Shown here piece after piece: positions 12,913 through 25,294 of a stretch of 64,000 bases of DNA; the first letter of the stretch is position 1; every line of letters starts with the position of its first letter. The translations under genes were made by a program, and so were the position numbers. The stretch is from Lama guanicoe (lineage: Eukaryota), in NCBI GenBank assembly GCA_013239625.1, contig MU053304.1, positions 1,984,001-2,048,000 on the forward strand. The letters are read 5' to 3'. The notes under the pieces were generated by a model. That model did not search any database. It saw only the letters and a program-made list of their open reading frames with translations, and had not been told where the DNA came from.

Positions 12913-15900
12913 GTAATGAATTTAGTCCCATCACCTTGGGTGAGTCGTGTAATGTTTATCCCTTCCAGCCGTATTTTCTTGTTATAAAAGGATCTTGTTA
13001 TAAAAGGGTCCCTATTCCTGTCTTTGATTCAAGTATACCCGTTTAAGAGCCTCTTGCTGAGTCAATAAATCCATCTTGTCGTTTCAAGGAAGGTTTATAG
13101 AGAAAAGTTTCATAACCTCTAAGCAACTCTTAGGAAGGCCTGAGTCTCAAACTTAATGTCGGCCCAAAGGCCCTGTGGGTTAAATCCCACTGCAACCTGC
13201 TCCAAGAGTTTTATCCAAACGATTTTTGTTTTTCTACATTGTATAACCCTGAGTAATCTAGCCATATAATCCTTTTGTCCAACTCAAATGTCAGTGGTAA
13301 CGCCTTTCATCTTAAAGGGGTTTATAGGCAATAGCCACACATGTCATAAAAATTATCTCTGAGATAATGTGTGTTGTTCAGAACCTGGGCACGTTACCCA
13401 GTAAGGATTCAGGAATCCTGGAGTTCTGCGACTCGGTTGTTTCCCCTAGTCTCCTAATATGTATGATCTGGTGAGAGCTCTCTCTTAGGCTCATATAAAA
13501 CTGCGTGTATTTACTTAAGAGACGTACAGCGTGTCCTCATAAAAGCCCTGAACAAAACACTGTTCTTACTCTTTTAAAATTGGCATTGTCCCTAAATCAC
13601 TTCATTTAGGAATCGTAGCAGCTGAGACCCTTGGAGTTCCAAGTGGTGTCTAGTTTCCCCTTTTGGAAACAAAGCAGGGTATTAGGACTTATTAAGTGTG
13701 AGTAAAATTTTATTTCTGTGTTTGGTGCATGCAGATTAATTTTTGATTTATGGTGGAGTTCAGATTTCTTTTTTGTCCTTTTCTTTTTCTTTTTTTTCCA
13801 TGTAGCACAACTTCTCTGAGATTGTTTAAAAATATTACCAGGGATTTTGTTTGCCTGCTTTTTCCATTAACAGTGGGGACCAGCTGTACTCACTTTAGTG
13901 AGCGATGGGTCCTCTTCCTCACCTTTATCTCTCCTTCCCCTTTGGAATCGTTCCGAGATGCTCGAGATGCTCAGTGTAGTGCTGGCAGATGGCATCAGAA
14001 GTCAGTGTGGTGAGTGAATGAGAAGCAGACAATGATATCTTGGTGGTTTTCTTTTCAAAAAGAGGAAGGCTATACCTAAACAAGTCACCACAAATTCTGA
14101 TTTCTTAAGGTGTATGTCCAGATATGCAAATGAAAATTACTTAGCATGAATTCAGGTAAATGCCTTGAACTTCAACTCCTGCTTCTCTCTTGCGGCTCCT
14201 TGTTGTCGCAGTGGCATCAGCAGTAACAGTGACAATAAAGATGATACCTGCCACTTGTTGAGTGCCTACCCTGCGTTAAGCTCTGTGTTTGGTGCCTGAA
14301 GTTCAGCGCAACTCAGAGTTACCAGCTGCAGCTCAAGCAGACTTGCTGCTCAAGTTTGAATCTGTGATCACTTACCACTTGGTGACCTTGGGCACGCAAA
14401 CTGATGTTCCCTGTGCCCCTTTTCTGCCTCTGAAGAGTGAGGTTAGTATCAATATCTTCCCACTGAGGTTGTTATAGGGACTGAGTATCCAGTGCACAGG
14501 ACAGTGCTGAGCGCGGAGTAAGCGATTACTGTAAATGTCATGATTTAATCCCCGCAACAGCTGTGCTATCCTGAGGCTCTGGGTCCTGGTGGACCCAGGA
14601 CGCGAGCCCAGGTTTGTCTGATTCTGGAGTCCATGTTCTCTCTGTGACAGCAAGCTGCTCCTCTGGTCAAGCTCTACCTTGTGTGACGCTGGGTACGTGT
14701 CTGCTCATCCTCATGGGGCTCCAGACTTGCTCAGGGCAGTGGTGCTAAACTTTTTCTGTATCCCTGGAGTGCCTAGCACTTAAATACCTATGAGCCACCA
14801 TGAATGCATGAATGAGCAAATACCTGGATACAGTTGCAACAGAACCATTTCATATGGGAGGACACCGTAGCCAGATGGATTAACCAGTGTTCACTAAAGT
14901 AACCAGGTGACTCTTATTGGTTTCAATCCATTGCTAACTTACTACTAGGGGCAGTGAGGGGGGCTCGGATCTCAACCTTTTGCTTTCAGTGCCCCATTTG
15001 TGTATGGCTTAGGGGTCACCGAGACATGGGCAGAGTTCAGAGACAGAATTTTGGGATCCCCTTCTCTGACTCTTCTTTCCTGCATCCCTCCTCACTCCTC
15101 AATGTGTGCCTGTCCTGGACCCCTCCCCGGGCTTCTTTTGGACAGAAAGAGCAGGTTTAACACGAGTGTCTTGGTCTCCCTGTGACATAGTCACAGCTGG
15201 GGATGCCTGTGGGGGGGCGGAGGGCTCCCTAAACATGAAACTCAGCCCATGATGGCTGCTGCTTCCGCATTTTGACTCTTCTCCCAAACCTGCCTGCTTT
15301 TGTTCAATTTCAAGCCATGAGGCCTTTGTAGGGTATTTTGGCCTGGAGTTTACAGTTATTTGTGGGATAATCGATTTGTTAGAAGTTTACTTTTCCATAT
15401 CAGAAGCAGAATGTCCATCTGATTTTTCTTGAAAGCAACCAATATCCTTTCCAATAGAAATACATTTACTGGAAATAAATGACATTCTAATTTTTCCCTA
15501 CAGCAGATTTTATCTCCTTATACATACCCTCTCTGTAGACCACAACCATTGGAGGAGGCTAGAGTGAAATTTTTGTCTACCTTGAACCAAGATACCACGT
15601 GATCCAGTCCTGGGTCTGATTCTGAACTATTCAGATCCAGGCTTTGACTCCTACAAGCATCTTAAAGTAGGACTCACAGAGGGGCGCAGACCCAAGAGAC
15701 ATTGAACAAAGAAGATTGTGAAAGTGAAGGAATGCTTGTTTATTACTTTATCAGATTCGAGTTTTGGTTCAATAAACCTTTCTTTGACTCTTTTTCCAGT
15801 CTAGTTCTCATGTGACCTAATGTCACATTGCTAAAAGGCAGATGAAGGCAGATGCTTATATCTACGAATAGGTACTTACTGGGTATTAAGTAAGGCTTCT

Positions 15901-18089
15901 CCTGACGTAATACAGCCCCTCTCTGGAGGTACTTTCCAATGCTCTTCTTTTGAATTGCCCTAATTATATTTGATTGTAATTTCTATGAAGAACTTGTCAT
16001 TTTTAGAGTCCCTTCCTCACTTTTGACTCCTAACTTGTCTACACATAGCAATACGTCCGGTCCCTGGAGCCAGGGGATCCTCTCACCACTGGCCTCTGTC
16101 ACCGCATTCAATTATCACCCTCTTTTCTGTTACAGCCCCGGACTTGGTATAACAGTTTATATTTTTTAAATCATTTCCCCCTGATTATCAGAGAAATCTG
16201 TGCTCGGATAAACTCGAAGGAAAAAAAAATAAAGCTATAATTCTGCCCTCAAGAGAGATCTCTTTAAATTTTAGGTGAACATCTTTGAAGTCTCTTCTCT
16301 AATGCACATTTTAGAAAACTGAAATTGGGTCTTACTGTGCCTTGTCTTTTGTAATGAGTTTCTTAAAGTGAACAATGTGTCCCAAATATTCTTCTCTATT
16401 GTTAATTATTTTTCTACAGGGTTGTTATTAAGGCTTGCCTTTTATTCCGTCATACGAATGTAGCATAATGGACTTAATAAAAGACTTAATCATTCACATA
16501 CCATTTATTGATTGTCTGGGGACAGCTGATCGCAAGGGATCCAGGAGGGAAGGAGACAGATGGGGAGCTGGCTCATGGGGCTTCGGGAACAGCAGGTGTG
16601 AAGGTACGACCAGGAGTCTGATGGGGCTGTGCTGGGGTGATTGGGTGGCTGAAAAGAGGGACTCCTCCTCCAGACTGGGGGCTGGGAGGGAAGTCAGTTC
16701 CAAGGGAGCTGTTGTTTCAACTGAGACCCGAAGGAGAAGCAACAGCAAGATGAATCATTAGGGCTGTGGGCAGAGGAAAGAGCCTCCCAGGAAGAGAATC
16801 AACAGCAAGTATCAGGCAGAGGGGAGGGTGGGTGGCATATCTGAGGAACAAGAGGAAGTTCAGCAGACCGTAACGCAGAGTGTGATGGAGGGAAGATAAA
16901 GGCTCCGGACATGGCAGGAGCCAGCTCAGGCCGGCCTGGACCCACTGGCCAGGCAGGCCTGAGACACAAGGTCACCCGTGGAGCTGGTGTTTGGAGTCAG
17001 TTCCACCCAAAGTATAAGGGCTGAGAAAAGGGGCTTGTTGGTTCATGAAAAGAGGAAACTTGGAGCCCAGCTGTCAAAATAAAGCACAATGGAACTTGGG
17101 GGCTAAAAGTAGTGAATAAACACTGTAGCAGGAGGTGCTATCAGACAGCCTGCAAAGATTAAATCTGTTTTGGTTGGGAGAAGAAAGATAATTAGTAATA
17201 GTTTATGGATTTTCCTCCTCAGGACCAAATCAAAAGAAACACTGTGGCTACCAGCATAGGAAAAAAGCAAAACTGTACAAAAGAAAGGTGGATCTGCCTC
17301 AAAACATCCTGATGGCAGAGCAATTAAGTCAGTGTCTCCAGAGGTGGAAAGCCGGCAGTGAATTTTCTGAAGCTCTTCTGGGGGTTCCAGTGCAGCCAGG
17401 GCCCAGAGCCACTTGCCTGAAGAACAAAGCTACAGAGCTCCCGCGGGGATGAATTACACGGGGTAGCCCGGGAAAGTTTCTGCAAAGCCTTCTTTGCCAG
17501 CAGAGGCCTTGACATCCACCAGGAAGGCGACAATGGCCCTGTGCCTCGTCTGGTCTCAATCCTATGAACCTCGCAGCAAGGCCTGGCACCACCTTGGTGT
17601 TCCTTGCATGGAAGCGGAAACCACATTACACTAGGCCTTTCCACACATGCGCCTATTTAAAATTCATGAAGATGAGTGTCTTTAAAAAAAAAAAAAAGCA
17701 GATGAAGAAACCGAGGCTAAAAATTCATAAGTCCTTGGAGAGGGACAGACATGTTGAATTTCTCTTCTGTCAATTACTGGCTTTGGTCAAGTTACTTAAC
17801 CCTCCTGGACCTCAATTTCATACTATGGAAAAGGAAGTGCTTGTCTCAGGGAGCTGTTGGGTATGACGTGGTAGGGATTCAGGGCCTGTGTCTTTCTCCC
17901 ACTTCCCATTTCTTAGCTTGTGACTTTTTTTTTTATAAATTTTCTCCAGACTTAGAATTTCCACGAGTTGAGACATCAAGATCTTTCTTATGTGTGTAAG
18001 GCAGTCCTCTGACTCTCTTACAGGGGGATTTTCCTGTGTTCATGTCAGACAGAATGGTTATGTAGTTGACCCAAGATTCCCAGCATCTT

Positions 18090-18690
18090 GGGTTCTTCCA
18101 GATTCCAGTCCTATCTAGACACCTGTCGAAGCGTCCTGTCTTCTCTTTCTGATTCACTCTTGTCCCCTGCAGTCTGTTCTCCACACAAGAGCCAAAGTGA
18201 TCTGTCTATAAAATGGAGAGCCCATGCTCTCACTCCCTGCCTCTCAAACTTTGGGTGATTTCCCATCCAAAGGGAGGTCCAGGGCCAACATGTCCCTCGC
18301 TGCCTCTCAGCCTCTTTTCTTGCTACTCTCTTTGCTGGATGCTTGCTGTTCTTTGAAACACGCCGAAGTCTTGAGACTTGTCCTCCAGGGGGTGCCATCC
18401 ACCTCAGAACACAATGCTCTTTGGGCATTTGCACCTGCTGCTCCGTTTACCGGAACCCGTCCTCCCGGCTTGAATACAGCTCATTGCCTCTCCCTTCGGT
18501 CTCCGTGACAGCGCTGTTGAAGATGGCCTCCATCAGGCTCTACCCCTTACTGGCTTCAGCAGCGGGTAGCGCTAGTGATGATACGTATGTACTTACCTTT
18601 CTCTTTGTTTTCCTCACCGGAATATAAGTTCTTGAGCGGTGCCTGGTACTTGATTGGTCTCCATCAGTTCAGGTTAGAGAAATGAATGCT
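18090..18690 (+). mobile_element. L2 LINE fragment
   Basis: Pyrimidine-rich L2 3' region (tctgttctccacacaagagccaaagtgatct…gggcatttgcacctgctg…gtgcctggtac…gaaatgaatg). Confidence 0.6.
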
Positions 18691-19769
18691 CAAAGGAAAA
18701 CGCAGAACTTTCTGACTAGACCTCTAAATTTCCATTGTTAATAGCCAATTATTTTTGCGCATATAGCTCGTCTACTTTAAGTAAGCTTCCTCTCTTCTGC
18801 CTTTTCTCTATTTTGACTAAACTGGGGCAAAGTTGACTTGGCATTCCTCTGACAATTTCCTAGTTATTTTTCATTTTCCTGTCTTAGATCTAAAATTGTC
18901 TTTCTGTTCTGCTAAAGAGAAAGTCCTTCAGGTGGTTTTTACTCTCTCAAATGGATTTTCTTAAAAATTGAAAGTCACATTTTATATGTAGTTGTCTTGG
19001 GCCTTTTCCAGCTGACGGTTGCGTAATTGCTTTTCCTAGATCCCCCCACCCCCTCTTTATCTTACACAACTGTCTGCTTTCTTAGAACCAGAACAAATGT
19101 GGTCCCAATTAAGTTTTCCATAAACCTCGGCCAAAATCCCTTCTCTGGGTCTAATTTCACTCCTCTTCCTTCTCAGCCCAGCCAAATCTTGGGCTTTCTT
19201 TGAAGCCCAGCACAAAACCCCACTCTCTCATGAGATTTTCCCGGCCTGCCCCACCCAGTAATCGCCCTTCCTTCTTTGGATTCACTGCTGCCGGCCCCTC
19301 TGTCAATATCTGTGCAATAGATGAAGCGGTGCGGCATGCACCGATCCCACCCATGCTGACAGGCTGGCCTGGTCCCTCCAACCCCACATCACACTAGACT
19401 CGTTCTATAAATGTTTGCAGAATGAAAACACGGCCTCACGTTGTCCCCTCATCATCTAGATGTGTCTTTCTGAAGGTCTCTTCTGTTGGAGATTAAGCTT
19501 TTGGAGAGTCGTGGTTCTGCCCTGTCCTTGCTCCCCTTTGCTGCTCATCCAGGTGCTTAGATGAACTATATTTTCTGCCTTCACCTTGATGCAGTGATTT
19601 CTCACTTACACTTTTGTCATCGAAGCAGCTAGTGACCGATCATCTTTTCCATATTCCCTCACTGTAACTCTGCAAACTTGAGGTTAGGCATTATTTATCA
19701 GTCCTCTTTCACTCACTGCACTATTGTCTAACAAGTCTGCACAAGACTATGTCCTCTGTCACTCATCCA

Positions 19770-20600
19770 TCCATTTGTTTGTTCATCTATCGCACAGATG
19801 TTGACAGAGTGGCCACCATGCTGGGTGCTGGGGCTTGAGGGTGACAGGAACCAGCATGGCTCCCCCTCCTCTGGGAAGCCGGTGGTTGTGGTGGGTCTAG
19901 GAGACAGATGACGGGCAGGTACCTCGTACGTAACTGTGCCATTACAAATTCAAGACAGTGCTATGGAGGTAGCAAGCAGGGCGCTGTGATACATACAGAA
20001 CAAGAAAGGGATACGTACCTAGAATGGGGTGATCAGAGAAGGCCTGTCTGTTTGAAGCTGGGAACCCAAACCTGAGAAGGAGCAGCTGTGAAGCAGGTGG
20101 AAGCAGGGACGTCCGGGTCGTGGAGACGGCTTGTTGCACGGCTCTGCACGGGCGACGGCTTGTCTTTCCTGGAACCGACGGAGGCCAGTGGGCTGGCTCC
20201 TAGAGAGCGAGGGGCCAGAGTGGCAGCTGAGTTGTAGCCCGCGGGGCTTGATCCCGTGGAACGGAGGTTGGATTTTATTCTAAGAGCGATCGGAAGCCCT
20301 GACAATATTTACGTCTTAGGAAATTATGCTCATTGCTGTTTGGAGAATTGGTCGTAGGGGTGAAACAGAACAGGGAATCTCATCAGAGGAAACTACTGTA
20401 ATGGGCGAGCGGAGAAATAAGAGTGCCTTTGGCTGGGATGGTGGCAGTGGAGATGAAACAGAATGTTCAGGGTCACGAAGTACATGGGAGAGAGAATTAA
20501 TATCCACTGATTGATTCAATATGGGGATTGAGGGAGAGGAAGCAATCAGGTATGACTCCTGGGTTTCTGACTTAAACCATTTGCCAAGACAGGGAAACCA
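19770..20600 (-). mobile_element. L2 LINE fragment
   Basis: cactcatccatccatttgtttgttcatc tail, then typical L2 antisense text (gatcagagaaggcct…ttggattttattctaagagcgatcggaagcc…tatgactcctgggtttctgactta). Confidence 0.7.
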
Positions 20601-22584
20601 CGAGCTGGGTTTTACACGCCTACACACAGTTTCCTCTATGTAAATTGCCTTTACACTGTCAGCAAATATGCCAGTGTCACTTTATTCCCTATTTCCTTTA
20701 TTAATATTGCAGGAGCTTCTGACGTCTAGATAGCTTTCTAGAGAGAATGACTTCATTGTCTTGCAATTTAACATCTTCCGACAATGTTTTCTTTTGGTCT
20801 TAAATATCTGATTTCCATAATGTGTGTATCTCAAGGGTGTTGATTTTTATTTATGTAATGAATATTCAGCAGGCATATTCATATAAATATTGGTTCAGAT
20901 GCAAAATTTAAAGCAACAGTCAACTAGCTAATTCATAGTTTTTTTTTTTTTGCATTAGCTCCTCATTCCTTAGATTTCCTTCGTAGTTCTGTTTTATTTT
21001 CTGTTTGAATCCTTCAATCTTTCATCCTGTGTTTTTCACTTTTTACCCTGTAAGTAGGACTGTAAATCCAGATATTCTTGCCATAATCCTCCAGTTAGGA
21101 CTACGTGCCACCCTCTGTTGTAGTATTTACTAACCTTTTAGTTCTTTCAGAGAGATTACTGTTACTACTTGCATTGCTAATATTATGATATTCCACAGAA
21201 CAGTATTTCATTTGTTCTCCTCCATAGAATTCTTCATGTTTTAGAATTTGAATGTGTTTAGGGATGTAGCTGAATCCAAGAATGTTCAGTTTTGTTTTCC
21301 AGTCCTCTTGCCTTTGCCACCGTAACTAATTTGGTTGGCATATTCTGCCAGGGGAATTTTCAAAAACATTTACCTTAAGAGATTACCGATAGATTGGCCA
21401 GAACTCTTAAAGAGTTCTGTTAATAAAAAGAGAAACTTTACCAAAGGTCTAAAGTAACTGCTTTTAGACTTGTAACATTATTCAGGAACAGGAAAATGCA
21501 GTTAAGTTCTTAGTATTGGCGATGGAGTTTTATTAAACTCTTTCTATGTTATGTGTGTGTGTGTTGGGAGAGAGAGGATGGAGGGAGAGGCAGAGGAGAA
21601 AATGGAGTGAATGAGAATCTTGGTTCATTTTTAGAATGTTTCTTGGAAAGATGAAATAATGTCTGGCTGAGTGTCAGCTACAGATGATCCAAGACCTTTT
21701 CTACTGCGTGATGTAAAACATCTTTCTACCAGCACTATTAGAACTGCCCTGTACTCTGAAAATTCAGCTCAAAGGGGCACGTTATAAGAATCTTTGCTGT
21801 GGCTTTGGATCACTGGCTTCCACATGTTTATATTAAGAAATTAGATTCATACAACACTACATCTGAGTGAGTTCCCTTCCATAGGTACTTACATTTATAT
21901 ATCTAGTAATAAATGTACATTATTTCTTATCTCGGCTGCAGTTTAGTTTTTGAAACTACCTTCAGGCAATATGCAAGCTTTCTGTGATTAGTAATATATT
22001 TACAAGCCAGTTTTGATTCAAAATTTCAAAAACTTCCACGTTAATACCCCTATAACATGCATTGTGATGAGAACCATAAACCGGCCAACGTCTGGCTTTA
22101 GTCTACATATTGGAAGGTCATCCTGCATTGGTTGGCATCAGGACTCTGAGTTTTGTATTTGGATGATTTTAAAGATGACTTCTGATTTCATAAGGAGTTG
22201 GTAGGTAAGGTAGTATGTGATATGTTTATTCCTTAGGATTCAAGTTTCATCCTTGTATTTTTAAAATACCTTCCATGTGATATTGGAAATACTGAGAACT
22301 AGTTAAGCTCAGGACCTTTCATATGCACTGAGTTCAAAATTCATCATGGCTAAGTAGTTTCTGTTTTCTAAAGCTATCTTAAATTTAAGAATTCAGGATA
22401 CTAATGGGTCTATCTGGTCCTAATTTCTTGTTAGTTAGTACAATGTCTTCAACTTTTCAAGTGCCTTTATGTAGACTCATGTGAGGAAGCCTATCATGGG
22501 GCTTAAGAGCACAGATTTTAAGAGCACAGATTTTCTTAATTGGGCCATCACTGACTTCTCTTGTGTGCAGTAAAGTGGAGCAGT

Positions 22585-22805
22585 AAGAGCTTGCAGTTTG
22601 CAGCCTATCTCTGTTATCCGCTAGCTACGTAGACTTGAGCAGGCTACTTCGTATTTCTGTGTCACTGTTTTCTCATCTGTAAAAGAGGGCTACTAACAGT
22701 TCCTGTAGCATACAATTCAGCAGGGTTAAATGAACTCTTGCGTGTGAAGGCTTAGACCGTCTGGTGCATCTCAGCCCCCAGTAATGTCACCTGTTGTTGT
22801 TATCA
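22585..22805 (+). mobile_element. MIR SINE
   Basis: ttctgtgtcactgttttctcatctgtaaaagaggg…gggttaaatgaac…gtgaaggcttagac. Confidence 0.7.
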
Positions 22806-23669
22806 CTGCCATCTTTCATCCATTCATTCAGCATTGGACTGGGAGCTGTTCCAGGAATTTCGATAGACATCACTTTAGAATCCACAACCACTTTATGAAG
22901 AAAATAATTTCAGCCCTGTTTTGGGGGTGAGGCAGTAGAAGACCAGAGAGGTCAGGACTTGCCTTGGTTGTTCAGTTCGTTATACGGTACTACGTGTTTA
23001 AGTATGTTCTTTGCATTCAGAGTAAAATGGAACACATCTCATGAAGGGCAGAACTATGTTCCACTCTAGGCTAGGAAGGGACTCTTGGGAGAATTCAAGT
23101 GTTATTAAAACTGACCGTGTGGTACATTTTTAGTATGATGTTTAAATTTTAAAACCTATAGGGAAGTTTACAAGATGTTGAATAGCATTAGATTTTTTTT
23201 TGAGTTTTCTATTTCTGTACAGAAAAATACCAAGTTCATTATGACAATTTATGAGTGATGCTTTAGATGAAGTGTGGGAGCTGTTTTTGTTTGTTTTATG
23301 TATCCACCTTATCTTTAACAATAAAATTGCCAATACTGCTGGGAGTTGTGGGTGAAGATGGATAAATATAAACTTAAATCTAGATAAGAGAAGTGAAATA
23401 GAATATTGAACTACAAACTGTATAGGAGTAAAATTATTGAAATTTGTTTCTAAAATTTGAAAGATCTTCATTTAATTTTCAAAGTGCTCTTAAGATATTG
23501 AAAGAATAGCCTTAACCAAAGCATTATTAAATGCCTACATGGACACACAGACCTACAGATTCAGATATCCATGTATGTATAATTTTTAAAGTTGAGAAAT
23601 ACAAAACATGGGCACACAAAACAAAATAATAAGTCACCCTTACAAGAAATACATTTAAATTTTTTAAAA

Positions 23670-24020
23670 AATTGAAGCTTTATTGAAGTAGTATTTACAT
23701 ATCACAAACTTCATTCATTTTTGAGAGTAAAATTCAGTGCTTTTTAGTAAATATACGGAGTCATGCAACCATCACCACAACCCACAATATCAGAACATTC
23801 ACATCAGCCCCAACAGATCCTTCATGCCCGTTTTCAGTCAGTGCCTCTTGCCACACCAGGCAACTACTAATCTACTTTCTACAGCTATAGATTTACTTTT
23901 TTTTTTTTTTGGACATTCTTATAAATGAAATTATATGCTATGTGGTCTTTTGTATTTGGCTTCTTTCACTTAGCATATGGCTTTTAGGTCCATCTCTGTT
24001 GGAGCACGTGCCAGACCTTA
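23670..24020 (-). mobile_element. Ancient L1M (L1MB-like) 3' end
   Basis: ctttattgaagta…tttttagtaaatatacggagtcatgcaaccatcaccacaa…tggacattcttataaatgaaattatatg…tggcttctttcacttagcat. Confidence 0.8.
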
Positions 24021-24669
24021 ATTCCTTTTTGTGGCCAAATAGTATCCCATTGAGCGGATACATCACAGTTTGTTTTCGCATTACAATAACCAATTTTTTT
24101 TAAGTATATATTCAAAAAACTGCTAACAGTAGGTATGTCATTTTTTAAATTTAATTCAATTAATTAATTTATTTTTATTTTTTGGGTAAACAAAGTTTAT
24201 TCTAGGTGCTTCTTGAGAAGGGAGTGAGGGACAGAGGGACAAAGGTGGGAGAAAGATGTTTTCATTGTTTACTATTTTGTGTGGGTTTTCGGTTTTAATT
24301 CAGGATTGCATCTTTTCTCTATTAAAGCAAAGTGAGGCATGTCTTCCTCCAGCAATGTGTATTAAATAAGAGGTCAAACTCCCTCCACGGACCCCAGTCC
24401 CACCTTCAGATTAATTTGTTTTTGGCATTTTCAAGTCTCTAGAGGCACATCTACACATGTATCCATTTAAATATATTTATCCCCTGTCCGTCTGTACATC
24501 TGAGCAATCATATATTTTGCATTTCAACAGAAATAGCAGCACAGGGCGTCATCATTTAACCCCAGTTACCAAAGCCAAGAAAACCCACACCTAGTCGGGT
24601 TGTGCCTACGTGGAAACAATTCCGGAATGAATCCTAATTCGTTGATCCAGTCACGTTGGAAAAGAGATA

Positions 24670-25005
24670 AGCACAGCGGCCCCAGGTCCTTGGGCGTTAC
24701 GCGTCGCACGGCTAAATTTCTGTACCCCCGCGTCCTCCCGCAGGGTACCTGGGCGCGGCCTGCGACGAGAGGGCGGACCCGTGCGCCTCGGCGCCCTGCC
24801 GCAACAACGGGACGTGCTACGCGGACGGGCCGCACTTCGGCTGCAGCTGCGGCGCGGGCTTCACCGGGCCGGCCTGCGCGCAGCTCGTCGACTTCTGCGC
24901 GCTCAGCCCCTGCGCCCACGGCTCGTGCCGCAGCGTGGGCACCAGCTACAAGTGCCTCTGTGACCCAGGTTGGTACCATCCCCGGCCCGAGAGCCCCGTC
25001 TGGCC
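24670..25005. promoter_or_regulatory. Small intragenic CpG island / GC peak centred on the 225-nt exon
   Basis: About 33 CpG counted in the 225-nt exon, and more in the flanks (gcgttacgcgtcgcacgg), against AT-rich, CpG-poor intron on both sides. Confidence 0.8.
24744..24968 (+). CDS. DNER: DNER internal coding exon (probably exon 8), two EGF-like repeats; (G)[74 protein letters not shown](G)
   Basis: Acceptor cgtcctcccgcAG ends at 24743; donor CCAG|GTTGGT starts at 24969; 225 nt, phase 1-1, open frame, 12 Cys in EGF spacing. Confidence 0.96.
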
Positions 25006-25294
25006 CCAGCCTCAGAGCCTTTCAGCTTTGCCTTTGCGTCTGAGCACAGGTTGGCCCGCTGAATGTGCTGGCTTGACCAGGGGAACTCCACCCCTTTTAA
25101 CAGACACCCTTCCTCTTGAGGCTTCCTCTAGGCAGGCTTGGAAACGCACCCTCTCCCCTTTGCCTGAGCCGTTCACAGTCATTGTAGAAAAATAGGAAAA
25201 TGCATGTAAGCAAAATGAAGAAAATTGAAGACAGGCTTGATCTCGTAACAGCCTAATTATTTAAAGAAAATTTTTAAACAGTGTCTTTTATTTG

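Noticed and set aside
22503..22534. 15-bp tandem duplication ttaagagcacagatt x2
   Set aside because: Ordinary slippage duplication with two units and no further structure.
24566..25043. Long overlapping ORFs (137 aa on -, 147 aa on +) across the GC-rich exon
   Set aside because: Shadow frames caused by extreme GC content depleting stop codons; Ala/Arg-rich low-complexity products. The true frame is the EGF one defined by splice sites.
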